Below, in pieces: positions 50,668 to 61,666 of a stretch of 64,000 nt of DNA. The number at the start of each line of letters is the position of its first letter. The first letter of the stretch is position 1. Where the stretch lies: IMG/VR virus record IMGVR_UViG_2600255075_000001, positions 32,001 to 96,000 of that record; one strand, 5' to 3'. The stretch comes from a virus. Its lineage: Duplodnaviria; Caudoviricetes. Position numbers and translations under genes: made by a program. Under the pieces are notes generated by a model. That model worked only from the letters and a program-made list of their open reading frames with translations. It was not told the DNA's origin and did no database searches.

Positions 50668-53241
50668 ATCAGTCTAGATAAACAAATTTATCTATATAGT
50701 GTAGATACAAGCGCTTTTTATGACGAATTCGAATACAAAATACATAAAAAACTAAATAAATATTATATTCTAAAAAAGAGTATAAAAATCGCTCTCAATA
50801 CTGCAAAAAAAGATCAAGCAAAGAGAGTACTAAGTAAAATCGGTATCAGAATTAAGAAATATAAACTTCTCCTCGAAGAGAAATTGAGCAAAAACACTAA
50901 TGCTCGCAAATTACGCGAGGACCATCTTATTTCAAGTAAACTTGTCACCGCTTTTGAATCCACTCTTACCCGGACAATAAATGCTCAGATAAATTGTATC
51001 TGTGCCGATCTAATAATTGTGCGCACTTATTATCTTAAAGTGCTTGAAAATCTCATAACACAAGGATTTATATTTAAAAATGAAAAGTATGTATATTTAA
51101 CAGCATCAGCTGGTCAGATACGCACTAAAAAGACAGTATTTATCAAGGAGAGTTTATTACAAAAACACCGTGATACATTGACATGCGGTTTAACAGTTGA
51201 AAAAATAAATAGTCTCGGTGGAGTAAACATAAATAAATACCTTGCCTATCTTGCGCTATGCTTTAGTGCTTCAGATCCTTGGAAGGACTTCAATATTGAT
51301 CGAGCAATTGTAGTTGATGATATGGAAACCAATGTGCGAAGCGTTGTGGATTTTGTCGATGACAAGAGTTATGAGATTACGCGGCAACAGATGGATATAC
51401 CAATTAATCATACCGATGGTTGCGGAATGGTTCTGCCGAGAAAAAATAAAAAAAGCATGATGGTTCGGCTTCCCTGGGTTAAGGGGCTACTTGTCCCTTT
51501 CCCTTTTGATAAATTCATTAGAGAAAAAAGTAAAAGCTCAAAAGTAAAAGACATTTACGGCAAGGAGTACGATATTATAAAAGACCGAATTGAGGTCATC
51601 TTTACAAAGAGTCAATTCAAGATGTGGAAATACTATTCTTCGTGGGATGAATACAGAGCGTTCTACAAACTTCATGGTTGTCACGCAAGTAAGTGCAACG
51701 AAGAAGATGACGTTTTTAGAAAAGCTAAACTTAATTATCAAATGTTACAGACGCTTACCGACTTTTCAGATAACGAATTAATGTCTGTAAGTGCAAAGAC
51801 GATTGAGAAGATAAACAATATCGGCAGAGATCGCGATACCATGCTAAGTATTCTTGGGGTAAAAGAGAGCAATAACAAGGATTATTTCCAACAAGCGCTG
51901 GAGTTATATCCCGAATTACTTAACGATACATATAGCAGAGAAGTTCTAAAACAGGTCAAGAAAAGCATCGTCAAAGAAGCCAAATCAGGAAAAATTGACG
52001 TAGAAGGTTACTACACATTTGTATCTCCAGATCTTTATGCGTTCTGCGAGTATCTATTTCTAAATGACTTAACACCCGCGGGACTACTTGATAATGGCCA
52101 AGTTTACTGTAGTTTGTTTAAAGAATATTCAACTCTCGATTGTCTTAGGAGTCCTCATTTATATCGAGAGCACGCAGTGCGTCAGAATATTGTCGATAAA
52201 GAAAAAAGTCGATGGTTTGTTACTAAAGGAGTCTATACTAGTTGTCATGATCCTATAAGTAAACTTCTTCAGTTCGATGTGGATGGCGACAAGAGTCTTG
52301 TCTGTGCGGACAGCGTTATTATTGATGTAGCCAAGAGAAATATGAAAGAAATTGTTCCTTTGTATTACAATATGTCCAAAGCTGAGGCTCAAATGATAAC
52401 CGATGCCGAAGTTTATAATGGCTTAGCTGCCGCTTACACCGGCGGCAACATCGGGCTCTATAGCAACAATATCACTAAGATTTGGAACAGTGAAAATCCT
52501 AATCTGGACGTAATTAAGCTACTCTGTTGTGAAAATAACTTTGTGATTGATTATGCTAAAACATTATATAAACCAACAAGACCTGACAGTATGGCAAAAC
52601 TAATTAAAGGCTACACTAAGGCTAAAAATCCTAACTTCTTTATTTATGCAAAAGATAAATCTAAGGATAGTGTAGAAAATGCCAACGCTAGTGTAGTGAA
52701 TAGATTGCAAAAATTGATTCCTAATCCACGACTGAATTTTCGAGCTGCAAACTTAGGACAATTTACTTACAAAACGCTTTTAAGCGACACAAACAAATAC
52801 ATAGATGTATCGAAAGAAAATAATTTAATTGAGAAATTTAAAGAGCTTGATTTGAAACGAAGATTCTTTTCTCTTGTTGATGAAGAAGACCTATACAGCA
52901 AATCTTATCGGTATAAGGAAATCAGAGATATTCTACTCGATTATAATACAAATATTAATTATATTGTGGACGTATTAGTTGAGTATTTGTATGTGTATAA
53001 AAAAAGTAGCTATAAAACAACACTTTGGAGCAGTTTTGGAGATGTCATTGTTGAAAACATCAAAAGAAACGTGACTCACCCTTTAAAAGGCGGCTATATT
53101 TTGTGTAATGTATGTGGGGATAGGATTTTAGAAACAAGTAACCGAAGAAAATATTGTGAACGCTGCTGGAAAGAGGAACAAAAAAGGATAAAAAGAGAAA
53201 GTTGGCACAAGCATAAAAGTAAATATAGAAAAACCTGCTAG
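50668..53241 (+). CDS. yonO: YonO-like single-subunit DNA-dependent RNA polymerase; ATC start
   Basis: QFDVDGD (DxDGD), SAGQIRTKK, TDGCGM and LRSPHL motifs. The frame is open from ATC at 50668 (LDKQIYLYSVDTSAFY), 7 nt after GGAGGT. Confidence 0.9.
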   Translation: MSLDKQIYLYSVDTSAFYDEFEYKIHKKLNKYYILKKSIKIALNTAKKDQAKRVLSKIGIRIKKYKLLLEEKLSKNTNARKLREDHLISSKLVTAFESTLTRTINAQINCICADLIIVRTYYLKVLENLITQGFIFKNEKYVYLTASAGQIRTKKTVFIKESLLQKHRDTLTCGLTVEKINSLGGVNINKYLAYLALCFSASDPWKDFNIDRAIVVDDMETNVRSVVDFVDDKSYEITRQQMDIPINHTDGCGMVLPRKNKKSMMVRLPWVKGLLVPFPFDKFIREKSKSSKVKDIYGKEYDIIKDRIEVIFTKSQFKMWKYYSSWDEYRAFYKLHGCHASKCNEEDDVFRKAKLNYQMLQTLTDFSDNELMSVSAKTIEKINNIGRDRDTMLSILGVKESNNKDYFQQALELYPELLNDTYSREVLKQVKKSIVKEAKSGKIDVEGYYTFVSPDLYAFCEYLFLNDLTPAGLLDNGQVYCSLFKEYSTLDCLRSPHLYREHAVRQNIVDKEKSRWFVTKGVYTSCHDPISKLLQFDVDGDKSLVCADSVIIDVAKRNMKEIVPLYYNMSKAEAQMITDAEVYNGLAAAYTGGNIGLYSNNITKIWNSENPNLDVIKLLCCENNFVIDYAKTLYKPTRPDSMAKLIKGYTKAKNPNFFIYAKDKSKDSVENANASVVNRLQKLIPNPRLNFRAANLGQFTYKTLLSDTNKYIDVSKENNLIEKFKELDLKRRFFSLVDEEDLYSKSYRYKEIRDILLDYNTNINYIVDVLVEYLYVYKKSSYKTTLWSSFGDVIVENIKRNVTHPLKGGYILCNVCGDRILETSNRRKYCERCWKEEQKRIKRESWHKHKSKYRKTC

Positions 53242-53488
53242 AATTTTAGAAAGATGCTGTAACCCTTGCTACGCTTGGCTTTCTGTTGATTATAGTAGCA
53301 TAAAATTAAAAATTACATACCTATATTGGCTTATTTAAAGCCTTTTTAGTCAAATCGCTTAATCGTATTAAAGGGAGATGTATATCAACAACCAGCGCAG
53401 AAAACTTGAGTGATGTTCACTCCTTCCTAATTCATTTAAACAATTGCTTTAACCGATATAAAAATATTGAAATTTATAAAGGAGAACG

Positions 53489-53773
53489 ATGATTATGAAT
53501 AAAGACCAATTAGTAAAACAGGTAGCAAATGATACCAACTTAAGCAATAAAGATGTCGATCTAACAATCAATCATGCCTTAGAAGTAATTAAGCAGGCAC
53601 TGTCAAATGGAGACAAAGTTACACTTCATGGTTTCGGCAGCTTTGAAAATCGAACTCGTGCTGCACGCAAAGGTCGTAATCCTCAAACCGGCGAAGAGAT
53701 GCTGATTCCGGAATCTAAGAGACCAGCATTTTCTGCAGGAAAAAAATTTAAAGACGCCCTTAATTGCAAATAA
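53489..53773 (+). CDS. hup: HU family DNA-binding protein
   Basis: MNKDQLV...GFGSF..R.RAARKGRNPQTGE...PAFSAGKKFKD. Confidence 0.95.
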   Translation: MIMNKDQLVKQVANDTNLSNKDVDLTINHALEVIKQALSNGDKVTLHGFGSFENRTRAARKGRNPQTGEEMLIPESKRPAFSAGKKFKDALNCK

Positions 53774-53868
53774 TACTTTGATAATCCACCCCTCGTCATG
53801 TGCGAGGGGCTTTGTTCGTTATTCGTTAAGTAAATAAAATAATAATTTCATGGGAGTGAAAGCGCTAG

Positions 53869-54066
53869 ATGTCAAAAAAGAATCATGATAAAAGCTCGTT
53901 CAATCGGACGGGTTTATTTGATTATGAAAAAATGACTATTAACTATGAAGATAAGAATGGAGTTTACACTTTTAACCTGAAATCCGCCCTCGAAAAGTTA
54001 GACGGTCAAAATATTTCCCTCAGTGTTGAAGCCGAGACTCCTGCAGCCATAGTTGACGAGGAATAA
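53869..54066 (+). CDS. YonK-like protein
   Basis: 65-aa ORF; SPbeta synteny between HU and the phosphoesterase. Confidence 0.55.
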   Translation: MSKKNHDKSSFNRTGLFDYEKMTINYEDKNGVYTFNLKSALEKLDGQNISLSVEAETPAAIVDEE

Positions 54067-54069
54067 GAT

Positions 54070-55275
54070 ATGGATCAACCAGAAACATTTAGGAAGCCGG
54101 GCGAAGACTTAGACGATTATCTTGTCCGTCTCGGAGATAACTTTGATTTATACGGTTTGACATGGACTACCGCCTCTTCCCTGCTCAACTCAGAGGCAGA
54201 AGATGAATATAGTGAGTCAAAATGGAGAAAAGACTATAACTGTTATTTACGATGGAAAGATAAATTAACTCTTAAGTTATCCAATGACGGAGAGTATCTA
54301 CAAGAAATTCATGATAAAACAACTGAATTACTTAAGGAAAAAATACGACTCCAAGACCAGAAGCGAGAATATACAACTACTGTTCGATACCAGGCTCGTT
54401 TTGAACATCTAAAAAATGAAATACATAAGTCAATTCTAGCATTGGCAAAAATTAAACCCTTAAACTTTCAATCACCTGCACCGGTATTTTCAGATGTCAG
54501 AGCAAACATTTTATGGTCGGATTGGCACTACGGCAGCGATTTTAAAAACAGTCTCAATGAATACAACCCGGATATTTTCAGAGCCAGGCTACAAAGATTA
54601 GTTTCCCAAACCATAAAATATATCAAACTGCACAAAGTTAATACTTTGACAGTTGGAGCTCTTGGCGATTTCCTTGCTGGCGCTATCCATATATCTAACC
54701 GTGTACAATCCAGCGAGACGATTATCGAACAAATCCAAGTCGTTTCCGAAGCTCTTGCAGAGTCATTAGCCGAGCTATCAAAACATGTGCAGCAGATTTG
54801 CTTTATCAATATCATTGGTAACCACGCTAGGCTAATACCGAACAAAACCGAATCTATTTTAAATGAAAACCTTGAAAACCTAATCCCTTGGTATCTGCAT
54901 AGTCGCTTAAAAGATTTCAAGAATGTCGAGATATGCCAGGATACAGACGGCTATTATGTAGACAATTCCTTCTCGCCTAGCCATGTTTACGTTCATGGAG
55001 ATTTAGACCATGTGTCAAGCGTAGCTAAAACAATCCCCCAGGTTATTGGTGTTGTACCGAGGTATATTTTCTGCGGGCACATCCATCATGACACAGTAAA
55101 GGAGCATGGCAGAACTAAGGTTATCTCGAATGGGTCGTTAATTGGTGTAGATGATTACGCTGTATCTAAACGCTTATACGCTGAACCAATGCAAAAAATG
55201 CACATATTTAATGGTGACAGAATTGAGTACACCATTGATATCCCACTGAATAGATGTGATGTGAATGAAAAATGA
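54070..55275 (+). CDS. Calcineurin-like metallophosphoesterase (YonJ-like)
   Basis: SDWHYG, LGD, GNH, HGD and GHIHH motifs. Confidence 0.85.
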   Translation: MDQPETFRKPGEDLDDYLVRLGDNFDLYGLTWTTASSLLNSEAEDEYSESKWRKDYNCYLRWKDKLTLKLSNDGEYLQEIHDKTTELLKEKIRLQDQKREYTTTVRYQARFEHLKNEIHKSILALAKIKPLNFQSPAPVFSDVRANILWSDWHYGSDFKNSLNEYNPDIFRARLQRLVSQTIKYIKLHKVNTLTVGALGDFLAGAIHISNRVQSSETIIEQIQVVSEALAESLAELSKHVQQICFINIIGNHARLIPNKTESILNENLENLIPWYLHSRLKDFKNVEICQDTDGYYVDNSFSPSHVYVHGDLDHVSSVAKTIPQVIGVVPRYIFCGHIHHDTVKEHGRTKVISNGSLIGVDDYAVSKRLYAEPMQKMHIFNGDRIEYTIDIPLNRCDVNEK

Positions 55276-55662
55276 TATTTCTCCAATTAACGTAATCGTT
55301 CTAAGTGATTTTGAAAAAGAATCCGATTGTATGATAGCTGCATGTTTGGATATCTTGGAAACTTGCAAGTCAAGAATTGATAATGAGTCGGTATTACGTA
55401 TGGTTGCACAGGAAATACGGGAGATTACCTTGCGCGAAATCCTTACAAAAGAAATACAGATGAAAGCGGCAATTCTCGAACAAACAAAGAGTTGGTAAGC
55501 ATATGAGCAAATATCAAGCACATCAGATCGAAATGATTTGGTGTGTTTTCATTTATTCATAAAAGAATGTGGGTAACTCTTTTTAAAGGGTTTATAAATA
55601 GGTTTCTCTCCCCCCTACTCACCTTCTTTATTATCTAGGGGGATATTTAAGGTGGTGAAATA

Positions 55663-56733
55663 ATGCCAAAACTAAAAAACAATGCTCCAACTATTGAAGA
55701 ATCAAAAGATAAAACATGTACTTCTTGCGGGAAAACTAAAAAAATGAGAATAGACTTTTATATGTCAAATTCAAAACATCATTCTGACAGGCGCTATCCT
55801 GTATGTAAGGTATGTATTAAGAAAGATTTGAATATTAACGAACAGAGTAGTATTCGATCTGTTCTACTAGAGATGAATAGACCCTTTCTTTTTAACGTTT
55901 GGTCTAATGCATTGATTGAAGCTGAAAAAAAGAACTCAGACCCTTTTGGACTCTACCTTAAAAGTATCCAATTATCATATAAAGAATTGACCTGGCCAGA
56001 TTCAGATGTGGAGTATGTGGGGCCTCTAATCGAAAACAAAATAAATCCAACAGCTACTTCTGATCAAATAAATATCTTAATCAACACAAATGATAAAAGG
56101 AACGAAGAAGATGTAGTAACCATGCTTGGATACGATCCCTTTGTAGTTGAGACGGCAGCAGATAGAATATTTCTATTTGGAAGACTTGTCGATTTTCTAG
56201 ATGAAAGTACGTTAGAAGACGGTTTTAAGCTGCCAGCAGTTGTTGAAATAGTTAAGACATTCCATCAAATAGATAAAATAAATGCTCAGCTATCCTCTAT
56301 TATGACGGATTCGAAATCTGTTGCAAGTAATATTGGAGGCATTACATCTCTTGTCAATGCTAAAGAGAAAATGCTTAAATCTGTTTTAGCTCTAGCAAAA
56401 GATAATGGTATCTCTGTAAATCATAACAATAATAAAAGTAAAGGCTCTGGCACTCTTTCAGGTATTATCAAAACCCTCCATGAAAATGGATTTGACGAGG
56501 CGCAAGTTAACCTCTTCGATATTGAAACTTCCGAAGGAATGTTACAGGTTGCAGACATCAGCAATCGAAGTATCTTAAATCAGCTACAATTTGATGAAAA
56601 TGATTATGTTTCAATGCTAACTGAACAAAGAGAATTGATTCAGGAACTAGATAAAAAAGTTTTGGCTCTTGAGGAAGAAAATAGATTATTAAAAAGAAAT
56701 GAAAAGAAACAGGGCTTAGGCAATGATAAATAA
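55663..56733 (+). CDS. Zn-finger protein preceding the terminase (YonG-like; possible small subunit)
   Basis: CTSCG...CKVC; overlaps the start of terL. Confidence 0.55.
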   Translation: MPKLKNNAPTIEESKDKTCTSCGKTKKMRIDFYMSNSKHHSDRRYPVCKVCIKKDLNINEQSSIRSVLLEMNRPFLFNVWSNALIEAEKKNSDPFGLYLKSIQLSYKELTWPDSDVEYVGPLIENKINPTATSDQINILINTNDKRNEEDVVTMLGYDPFVVETAADRIFLFGRLVDFLDESTLEDGFKLPAVVEIVKTFHQIDKINAQLSSIMTDSKSVASNIGGITSLVNAKEKMLKSVLALAKDNGISVNHNNNKSKGSGTLSGIIKTLHENGFDEAQVNLFDIETSEGMLQVADISNRSILNQLQFDENDYVSMLTEQRELIQELDKKVLALEEENRLLKRNEKKQGLGNDK

Positions 56734-58522
56734 AAATATGTCACAACGAAAAATTGATGGCTATTTAAAATTAGTAGAAGTTATTCAATGGGGCAGAAGA
56801 TACCCCGTCCGATTTGTAGAACGTTTTTTTGGCATTGAGCTTCTCGACTATCAAAAATACATCTTTATGCAAAGCTGGTCTACCCCTTTTGTACTTTGGG
56901 TTATGAGCCGGAATGCTGGGAAAACTACTCTTGGCTCCCCTTTCATCATGGCAAAAAGTCTATTGGTTCCTAATTTGCAAGTATACATATTGGCAGGCGT
57001 GGGTAGTCAAAGCCAGGAAATGTTTATGAAAATTGAAAAAATTGCAAAAAGAGAAATTGCCTCATTTACCGGTTTAACAGATATATTTTATAACGAAACA
57101 ATTAAAAGTGCCGCGAATACAGACGGCTTTACACACAATCCCGCCTCATTTCAGTACAAATTATATAATAACAGCGCTGTTAACTCTCTAAATGGAGCTT
57201 TTGATAATAACCGCTCTAAGCGTTCTAATCTAAACTTTTATGACGAAAGCGGATTTGCTCCCGATGATTTATTCTTAACCTCCGAACCTTTTACTGTGCA
57301 AAATAGCGATTTTAGACTTGGCGGCGAAGTTGATGTAACTATGTTGCCAAAACAATTTCCCAATCAATTAATTTATGCGTCTTCTGCATCATCGACTGAT
57401 ACATATTTTTTCAGTAAGTATCGTGATTTTGCGCAAAAAATGTTTCTCGGTGACAAAAGGTACTTTGTAGCAGATATTAGTTGTGATTTGGTGATTAATG
57501 CCACACATAACGGTAAGAAGTACCCTGTTTCACTCCTATCGCAAGAAACCGTTGACGCCGCGATGCGAGATAATAAAGAAAAAGCTATGCGCGAGTATAA
57601 AAATGTTTTCTCCACTGAAGGAGGAAATGATCAAATTGTTAAACGTGCAGCTATCATCAGAAACTCCGAATTACGCCCTCCCACCTTAGCAAATGAAGGG
57701 GGATCAAGGTATATAATTGCATATGATCCCGCTCGAAGTTATGATAATTCGGTTGCTATTGTTGGAGAAATTATATGTGATGAGCAAATTGGATATAAAT
57801 TAAAAATATGCAATGCTGTTAGTTTTTCAGATATGGCAAAAAAGAAAAAGACACCTATGCGTACTCCGGAACAAACCGAATTCATTAAACAAATGATATT
57901 AGACTATAATGGTGCAGGTTTTGCTGATTACGAGAACATAGAAGCTTTATTAATTGATTCGGGCGCAGGTGGAGGCGGTACGATTATCTCCGACTACTTT
58001 ATGGAACAATGGCTTGATAAGGGCGGCCGTCTTCATAAGGGATTAATCGATAAGATCGAATCGGCAGACTATATAAATAAGTTTCCTTCTGCTGTAGACA
58101 AAATAAAACTTCTTTCTCCAAAAAAATACAAAAAAGATATGTTTGAAGCACTAATTGAAATGATGAATCTGGACTTAATTTCATTTACGGATACTTATGA
58201 TAATAAGGGCATTATCCTTACCAACAGACTCGATGATAAAGGCAATGTAACAGAAAGTAAATACAAGTTGTCCAATGATGAGATTACATCATTAATTCAA
58301 TTAGATCTGGCAAAAGAAGAACTGGTTAGCATCTATCGATTTGAAAGCACAAACGGAAATTGCCGATATGATTTACCGCCCGACAAGCAAAGCAAAATGC
58401 ATGACGACCGAGCATATTGTGTTGCAATGCTTGCCTGGTATCTTCAACAGCTTAGACGCGAAAGCATTACAAATAAGTCTCGACCCAAAAGCGACATTTC
58501 AAGGTATGTATTTTATAACTAG
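56723..58522 (+). CDS. terL: Terminase large subunit (YonF-like)
   Basis: Walker A SRNAGKTT, Walker B FYDES, nuclease AYDPARSYDNS and HDDR motifs. Confidence 0.88.
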   Translation: MINKNMSQRKIDGYLKLVEVIQWGRRYPVRFVERFFGIELLDYQKYIFMQSWSTPFVLWVMSRNAGKTTLGSPFIMAKSLLVPNLQVYILAGVGSQSQEMFMKIEKIAKREIASFTGLTDIFYNETIKSAANTDGFTHNPASFQYKLYNNSAVNSLNGAFDNNRSKRSNLNFYDESGFAPDDLFLTSEPFTVQNSDFRLGGEVDVTMLPKQFPNQLIYASSASSTDTYFFSKYRDFAQKMFLGDKRYFVADISCDLVINATHNGKKYPVSLLSQETVDAAMRDNKEKAMREYKNVFSTEGGNDQIVKRAAIIRNSELRPPTLANEGGSRYIIAYDPARSYDNSVAIVGEIICDEQIGYKLKICNAVSFSDMAKKKKTPMRTPEQTEFIKQMILDYNGAGFADYENIEALLIDSGAGGGGTIISDYFMEQWLDKGGRLHKGLIDKIESADYINKFPSAVDKIKLLSPKKYKKDMFEALIEMMNLDLISFTDTYDNKGIILTNRLDDKGNVTESKYKLSNDEITSLIQLDLAKEELVSIYRFESTNGNCRYDLPPDKQSKMHDDRAYCVAMLAWYLQQLRRESITNKSRPKSDISRYVFYN

Positions 58523-58544
58523 AAATTCAAGGAGGTGAGCCAAT

Positions 58545-59987
58545 ATCGGTCCACCAACAAGAGATGTAGTCCAATATGAAAAATTATCGCAAGGGATATA
58601 TGCACTATCTTACAAAACAAATTCGACTAAGCTAAAGTTTACCAAAGACCAGGTATTCTCAATACTGGAGAGCAACGATGAAGAGAAGTTACGAAATGCA
58701 TCTCACTACTTCTTCTCTATTTCAGGCCAATATAGAAATTTAATACAACACTATTCCACTATTCTAACTTACAGCTACCTCACAATACCCAGAGTAAAAG
58801 ATAAATCATTATATAGTAATGTTAGGTTCCAAAACGACTTTCAAAAAGTTCTTGACTATACAGATAAAGCCTACATCGAGGAATCCTGTAGATTCATTGC
58901 GTTAGTGACTTTAATGGATGGAGTATTCTATGGTTATGAACGCCAGTTAGATGACGTTATTACTCTACAGCAGCTCCCTCCGCAATTTTGTCGATCTAAA
59001 TATAAAATAAATGGTTCTTATGCTATTGAGTTTAATTTACGCTTTTTCGATACGTATAAAGATATCCAATTGAAGTTAAAGTTGTTTGAAATGTTCCCTG
59101 AAGATTTTTTGCAATTATACCTGGATTATAAAGATGGAAAATCGACCGAATGGGTTCAATTAAATCCGAGTTATGCAAGATGTCATAAATTTCAAGATGA
59201 CGCCAGACCAATGTTGGCAGACATATTCCCTGAGTTAATAAACCTTAAGGAATACAAAGAATTAGATAAATCAAAAACAAAAATGGATTTATATAAATTG
59301 ATCGTTCAGAAGCTTCCAGTAGATGACGATGGAGAACCTACGATTTTATTAGAAGAAGCTAAGGCGCTACATTCTAATGCCAAAAAAATGATTTCACAAG
59401 AAGGTATAGATGTACTAACAACTCCCCTCGAAGTTCAAGGTGTTAACCTGCAGGAACGAGGATCGACAATCAATGACAACATTAATAGAGCAAATAATAT
59501 GGTTTTTGATGAAGCCGGTGCTTCACGAATTATATTCAATGGAGGTTCCGATGGTGGCAGTATTGGACTTTCATACTCCATTAATGTAGACGAAAACACG
59601 ATGTTTCCATTACTTGACCAATTTAAAAGATGGTATGACAACAAGTTTAAATCGTTAGTTAATACAAAAAATTATTGGTTTGAAAATCTATTTCCTGAAG
59701 TCACAAGATTTAACTGGAAGGAAAAATACGATCAGTATAAAGATGCTGCTACGCTTGGTTATTCAAAGTTATTGCCCATTGTAACAATGGGTATAAAGCA
59801 AACCACATTCTTAAACCTGCTTCAATATGAGAATGATTTGCTAGGTTTGAATGATTTAATGTCCCCTCTTCGCTCTACTCATACGCAAAGTGGTGAACAA
59901 GGGCGACCAGAGCAAGGTGAAAAATCTTTAAGCGAAAAAGGAATAGAAACGAGAAATAAAAATGGGAATAAAAATAGATCTAAATAG
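58545..59987 (+). CDS. Portal protein (YonE-like); ATC start
   Basis: Lies between terL and the protease. The frame is open from ATC at 58545 after AGGAGGTG, 120 codons upstream of the tracked start; the C-terminus contains GRP. Confidence 0.75.
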   Translation: MGPPTRDVVQYEKLSQGIYALSYKTNSTKLKFTKDQVFSILESNDEEKLRNASHYFFSISGQYRNLIQHYSTILTYSYLTIPRVKDKSLYSNVRFQNDFQKVLDYTDKAYIEESCRFIALVTLMDGVFYGYERQLDDVITLQQLPPQFCRSKYKINGSYAIEFNLRFFDTYKDIQLKLKLFEMFPEDFLQLYLDYKDGKSTEWVQLNPSYARCHKFQDDARPMLADIFPELINLKEYKELDKSKTKMDLYKLIVQKLPVDDDGEPTILLEEAKALHSNAKKMISQEGIDVLTTPLEVQGVNLQERGSTINDNINRANNMVFDEAGASRIIFNGGSDGGSIGLSYSINVDENTMFPLLDQFKRWYDNKFKSLVNTKNYWFENLFPEVTRFNWKEKYDQYKDAATLGYSKLLPIVTMGIKQTTFLNLLQYENDLLGLNDLMSPLRSTHTQSGEQGRPEQGEKSLSEKGIETRNKNGNKNRSK

Positions 59988-60004
59988 GAAAGGAGGTGTT
60001 AAGA

Positions 60005-61645
60005 ATGAATCTTACAGTCAGCACGAGTCTCCCTATCACCTTCGAGCAGATTGAGAAGTTACCTGATTCGCGCTTTACAAAAGTAAAAATATATCTTTGT
60101 CATACAGGAAAAAACTTAAATAACTCGTATTTTGAAAAGAGTGTAATTGAAGAAGCTATTCCATCATTGGCAAACATTCCTATCCTTGGTTTTATACAAG
60201 TAGATAATCTTAATGAAGCAGATTTTAAAGGTCACGAACAGCGACTTATGATTGATGAAAACGGAGTAACTGTTGAGTATTTAGGTAGGGCCTATGGTGT
60301 TATCCCAGAAGACAATAGAGCTTACTTTGAAAATAAGCTGTGCGATGATAATGTTACGAGAGAGTTTCTAGTTGTTGAAGGAGTCTTATGGAACAAATTT
60401 AAAGACGCAACCGAGATTATTATTAATAATGACTCTCGTCCACAATCTATGGAGCTAGCGCCATCTTCAATTGAAGGCAACTTCAAAAAAGATGGTGTTT
60501 TCTATTTTTCTAAATTTCAATTTGAAGGCGCATGCATTTTGGGATCTAATATTACTCCGGCAATGCGCGGATCTGTAATTGAAAATGTAGATTTTAGTCT
60601 TAATAGCGCTTCACTTCAATCCATGTTGAATGAATTTAACACAACATATTCAGAATTAAATCAACCCTCTAAGGAGGATGATAATAAATATAAAGGAGGA
60701 GTTAACTTGAACGAAAAATTGGAGCTGTTCAAGAAATTTCCGACTCTTAAAGATGAAGACATTGCTGAACTTAAAGCAAACATTGAGCAATACTCTCTTG
60801 AAGAATTAGAAACAAACTTGAATCAGATCGTTAAGTCACAAACAGATAGCAACACTTTCTCTCTTACTGCACAGCAACTCCAACAGGAAATTAGAGGAGC
60901 ATTAACTCTAGAGCGAGTGATTGATAAATGGAATGACAGTGTTCGTGCTTACTGGTATATAGATCATGATGATAATAGAGTATATGCTGAAGACACTCAA
61001 GATGGTTATCTTCCAGTTGGTCTTAACTATACAAAAAGTGGCGACTCAGTAGTTATTGATTTTGAAAGTAAGAAAAGGATCAAATGGGTCCCCCAGGATC
61101 TAGAAGAAGGCATTGAAACTGCTGTTTCCTTTGTATCTATTGATCGCAGTGCCGCTGAATTGGAAATTACAAAGAAGACTGTTGAACAGGATTTTTTCAC
61201 TAAGTTAGAGGAAATAAATACTGAGTTAGACGAATTAAAGCCTCAATTTGAAGCTACGAAAGCACAGAATGAAAAATTGCAAGCTGAAGTATCTGAATAT
61301 TCTTCTAATGTTGACAATGAAAAATTAAAAGTGCAAATCAATGAACTCTCTGCTTACAAACTAGCAAGAGAAAAGCAGGATAAGCTCGATGTAATTAAGA
61401 ACTTCAAAGATCTTACTGATGACGAGAAGAAACCATTTCAAGATGAAGTTGATAAATATGCTATAGAAGAACTTGAAGATAAGCTCTTCTCTTTTGTTGG
61501 ACGCAAGGGTCTATCTAGCTTCTCTGCGAATCGTGGATCTAAGGAATATCTAACTACATCTCTAGCTAATTTTGAGGCTCAGACTAAATCTAACGAACCC
61601 ACATGGGCAAGTTTAGTCGAAGATTTTAAAAATAAAAGTAATTGA
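60005..61645 (+). CDS. Prohead protease/scaffold (YonD-like)
   Basis: CHTGKNLNNS, HEQ, QSMEL and ILG...PAM motifs; coiled-coil C-terminus. Confidence 0.75.
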   Translation: MNLTVSTSLPITFEQIEKLPDSRFTKVKIYLCHTGKNLNNSYFEKSVIEEAIPSLANIPILGFIQVDNLNEADFKGHEQRLMIDENGVTVEYLGRAYGVIPEDNRAYFENKLCDDNVTREFLVVEGVLWNKFKDATEIIINNDSRPQSMELAPSSIEGNFKKDGVFYFSKFQFEGACILGSNITPAMRGSVIENVDFSLNSASLQSMLNEFNTTYSELNQPSKEDDNKYKGGVNLNEKLELFKKFPTLKDEDIAELKANIEQYSLEELETNLNQIVKSQTDSNTFSLTAQQLQQEIRGALTLERVIDKWNDSVRAYWYIDHDDNRVYAEDTQDGYLPVGLNYTKSGDSVVIDFESKKRIKWVPQDLEEGIETAVSFVSIDRSAAELEITKKTVEQDFFTKLEEINTELDELKPQFEATKAQNEKLQAEVSEYSSNVDNEKLKVQINELSAYKLAREKQDKLDVIKNFKDLTDDEKKPFQDEVDKYAIEELEDKLFSFVGRKGLSSFSANRGSKEYLTTSLANFEAQTKSNEPTWASLVEDFKNKSN

Positions 61646-61666
61646 AACTAGGAGGCAATATAAATC

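Larger units (their letters stand above)
835..53851. repeat. Dispersed 18-bp palindrome ATRAAA-N6-TTTYAT, about 40 copies at gene junctions
   Basis: Copies found by eye starting at 835, 1813, 3642, 4873, 6781, 8360, 10861, 11083, 11570, 12183, 12497, 13220, 13666, 14220, 15040, 20522, 22357, 23165, 23619, 23903, 24924, 25487, 26330, 28511, 29605, 30420, 30697, 31090, 31309, 32035, 32353, 35612, 36945, 37576, 38674, 39545, 43090, 44328, 44872 and 53834. Confidence 0.9.

Noticed and set aside
50668-53241. Eukaryote-like RNA-dependent RNA polymerase
   Set aside because: The YonO family is an established DNA-dependent late-gene RNA polymerase.
54195-54227. Functional self-targeting by the CRISPR spacer
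   Set aside because: Only 22/33 nt match and the PAM is TTT rather than TTC; interference is unlikely.
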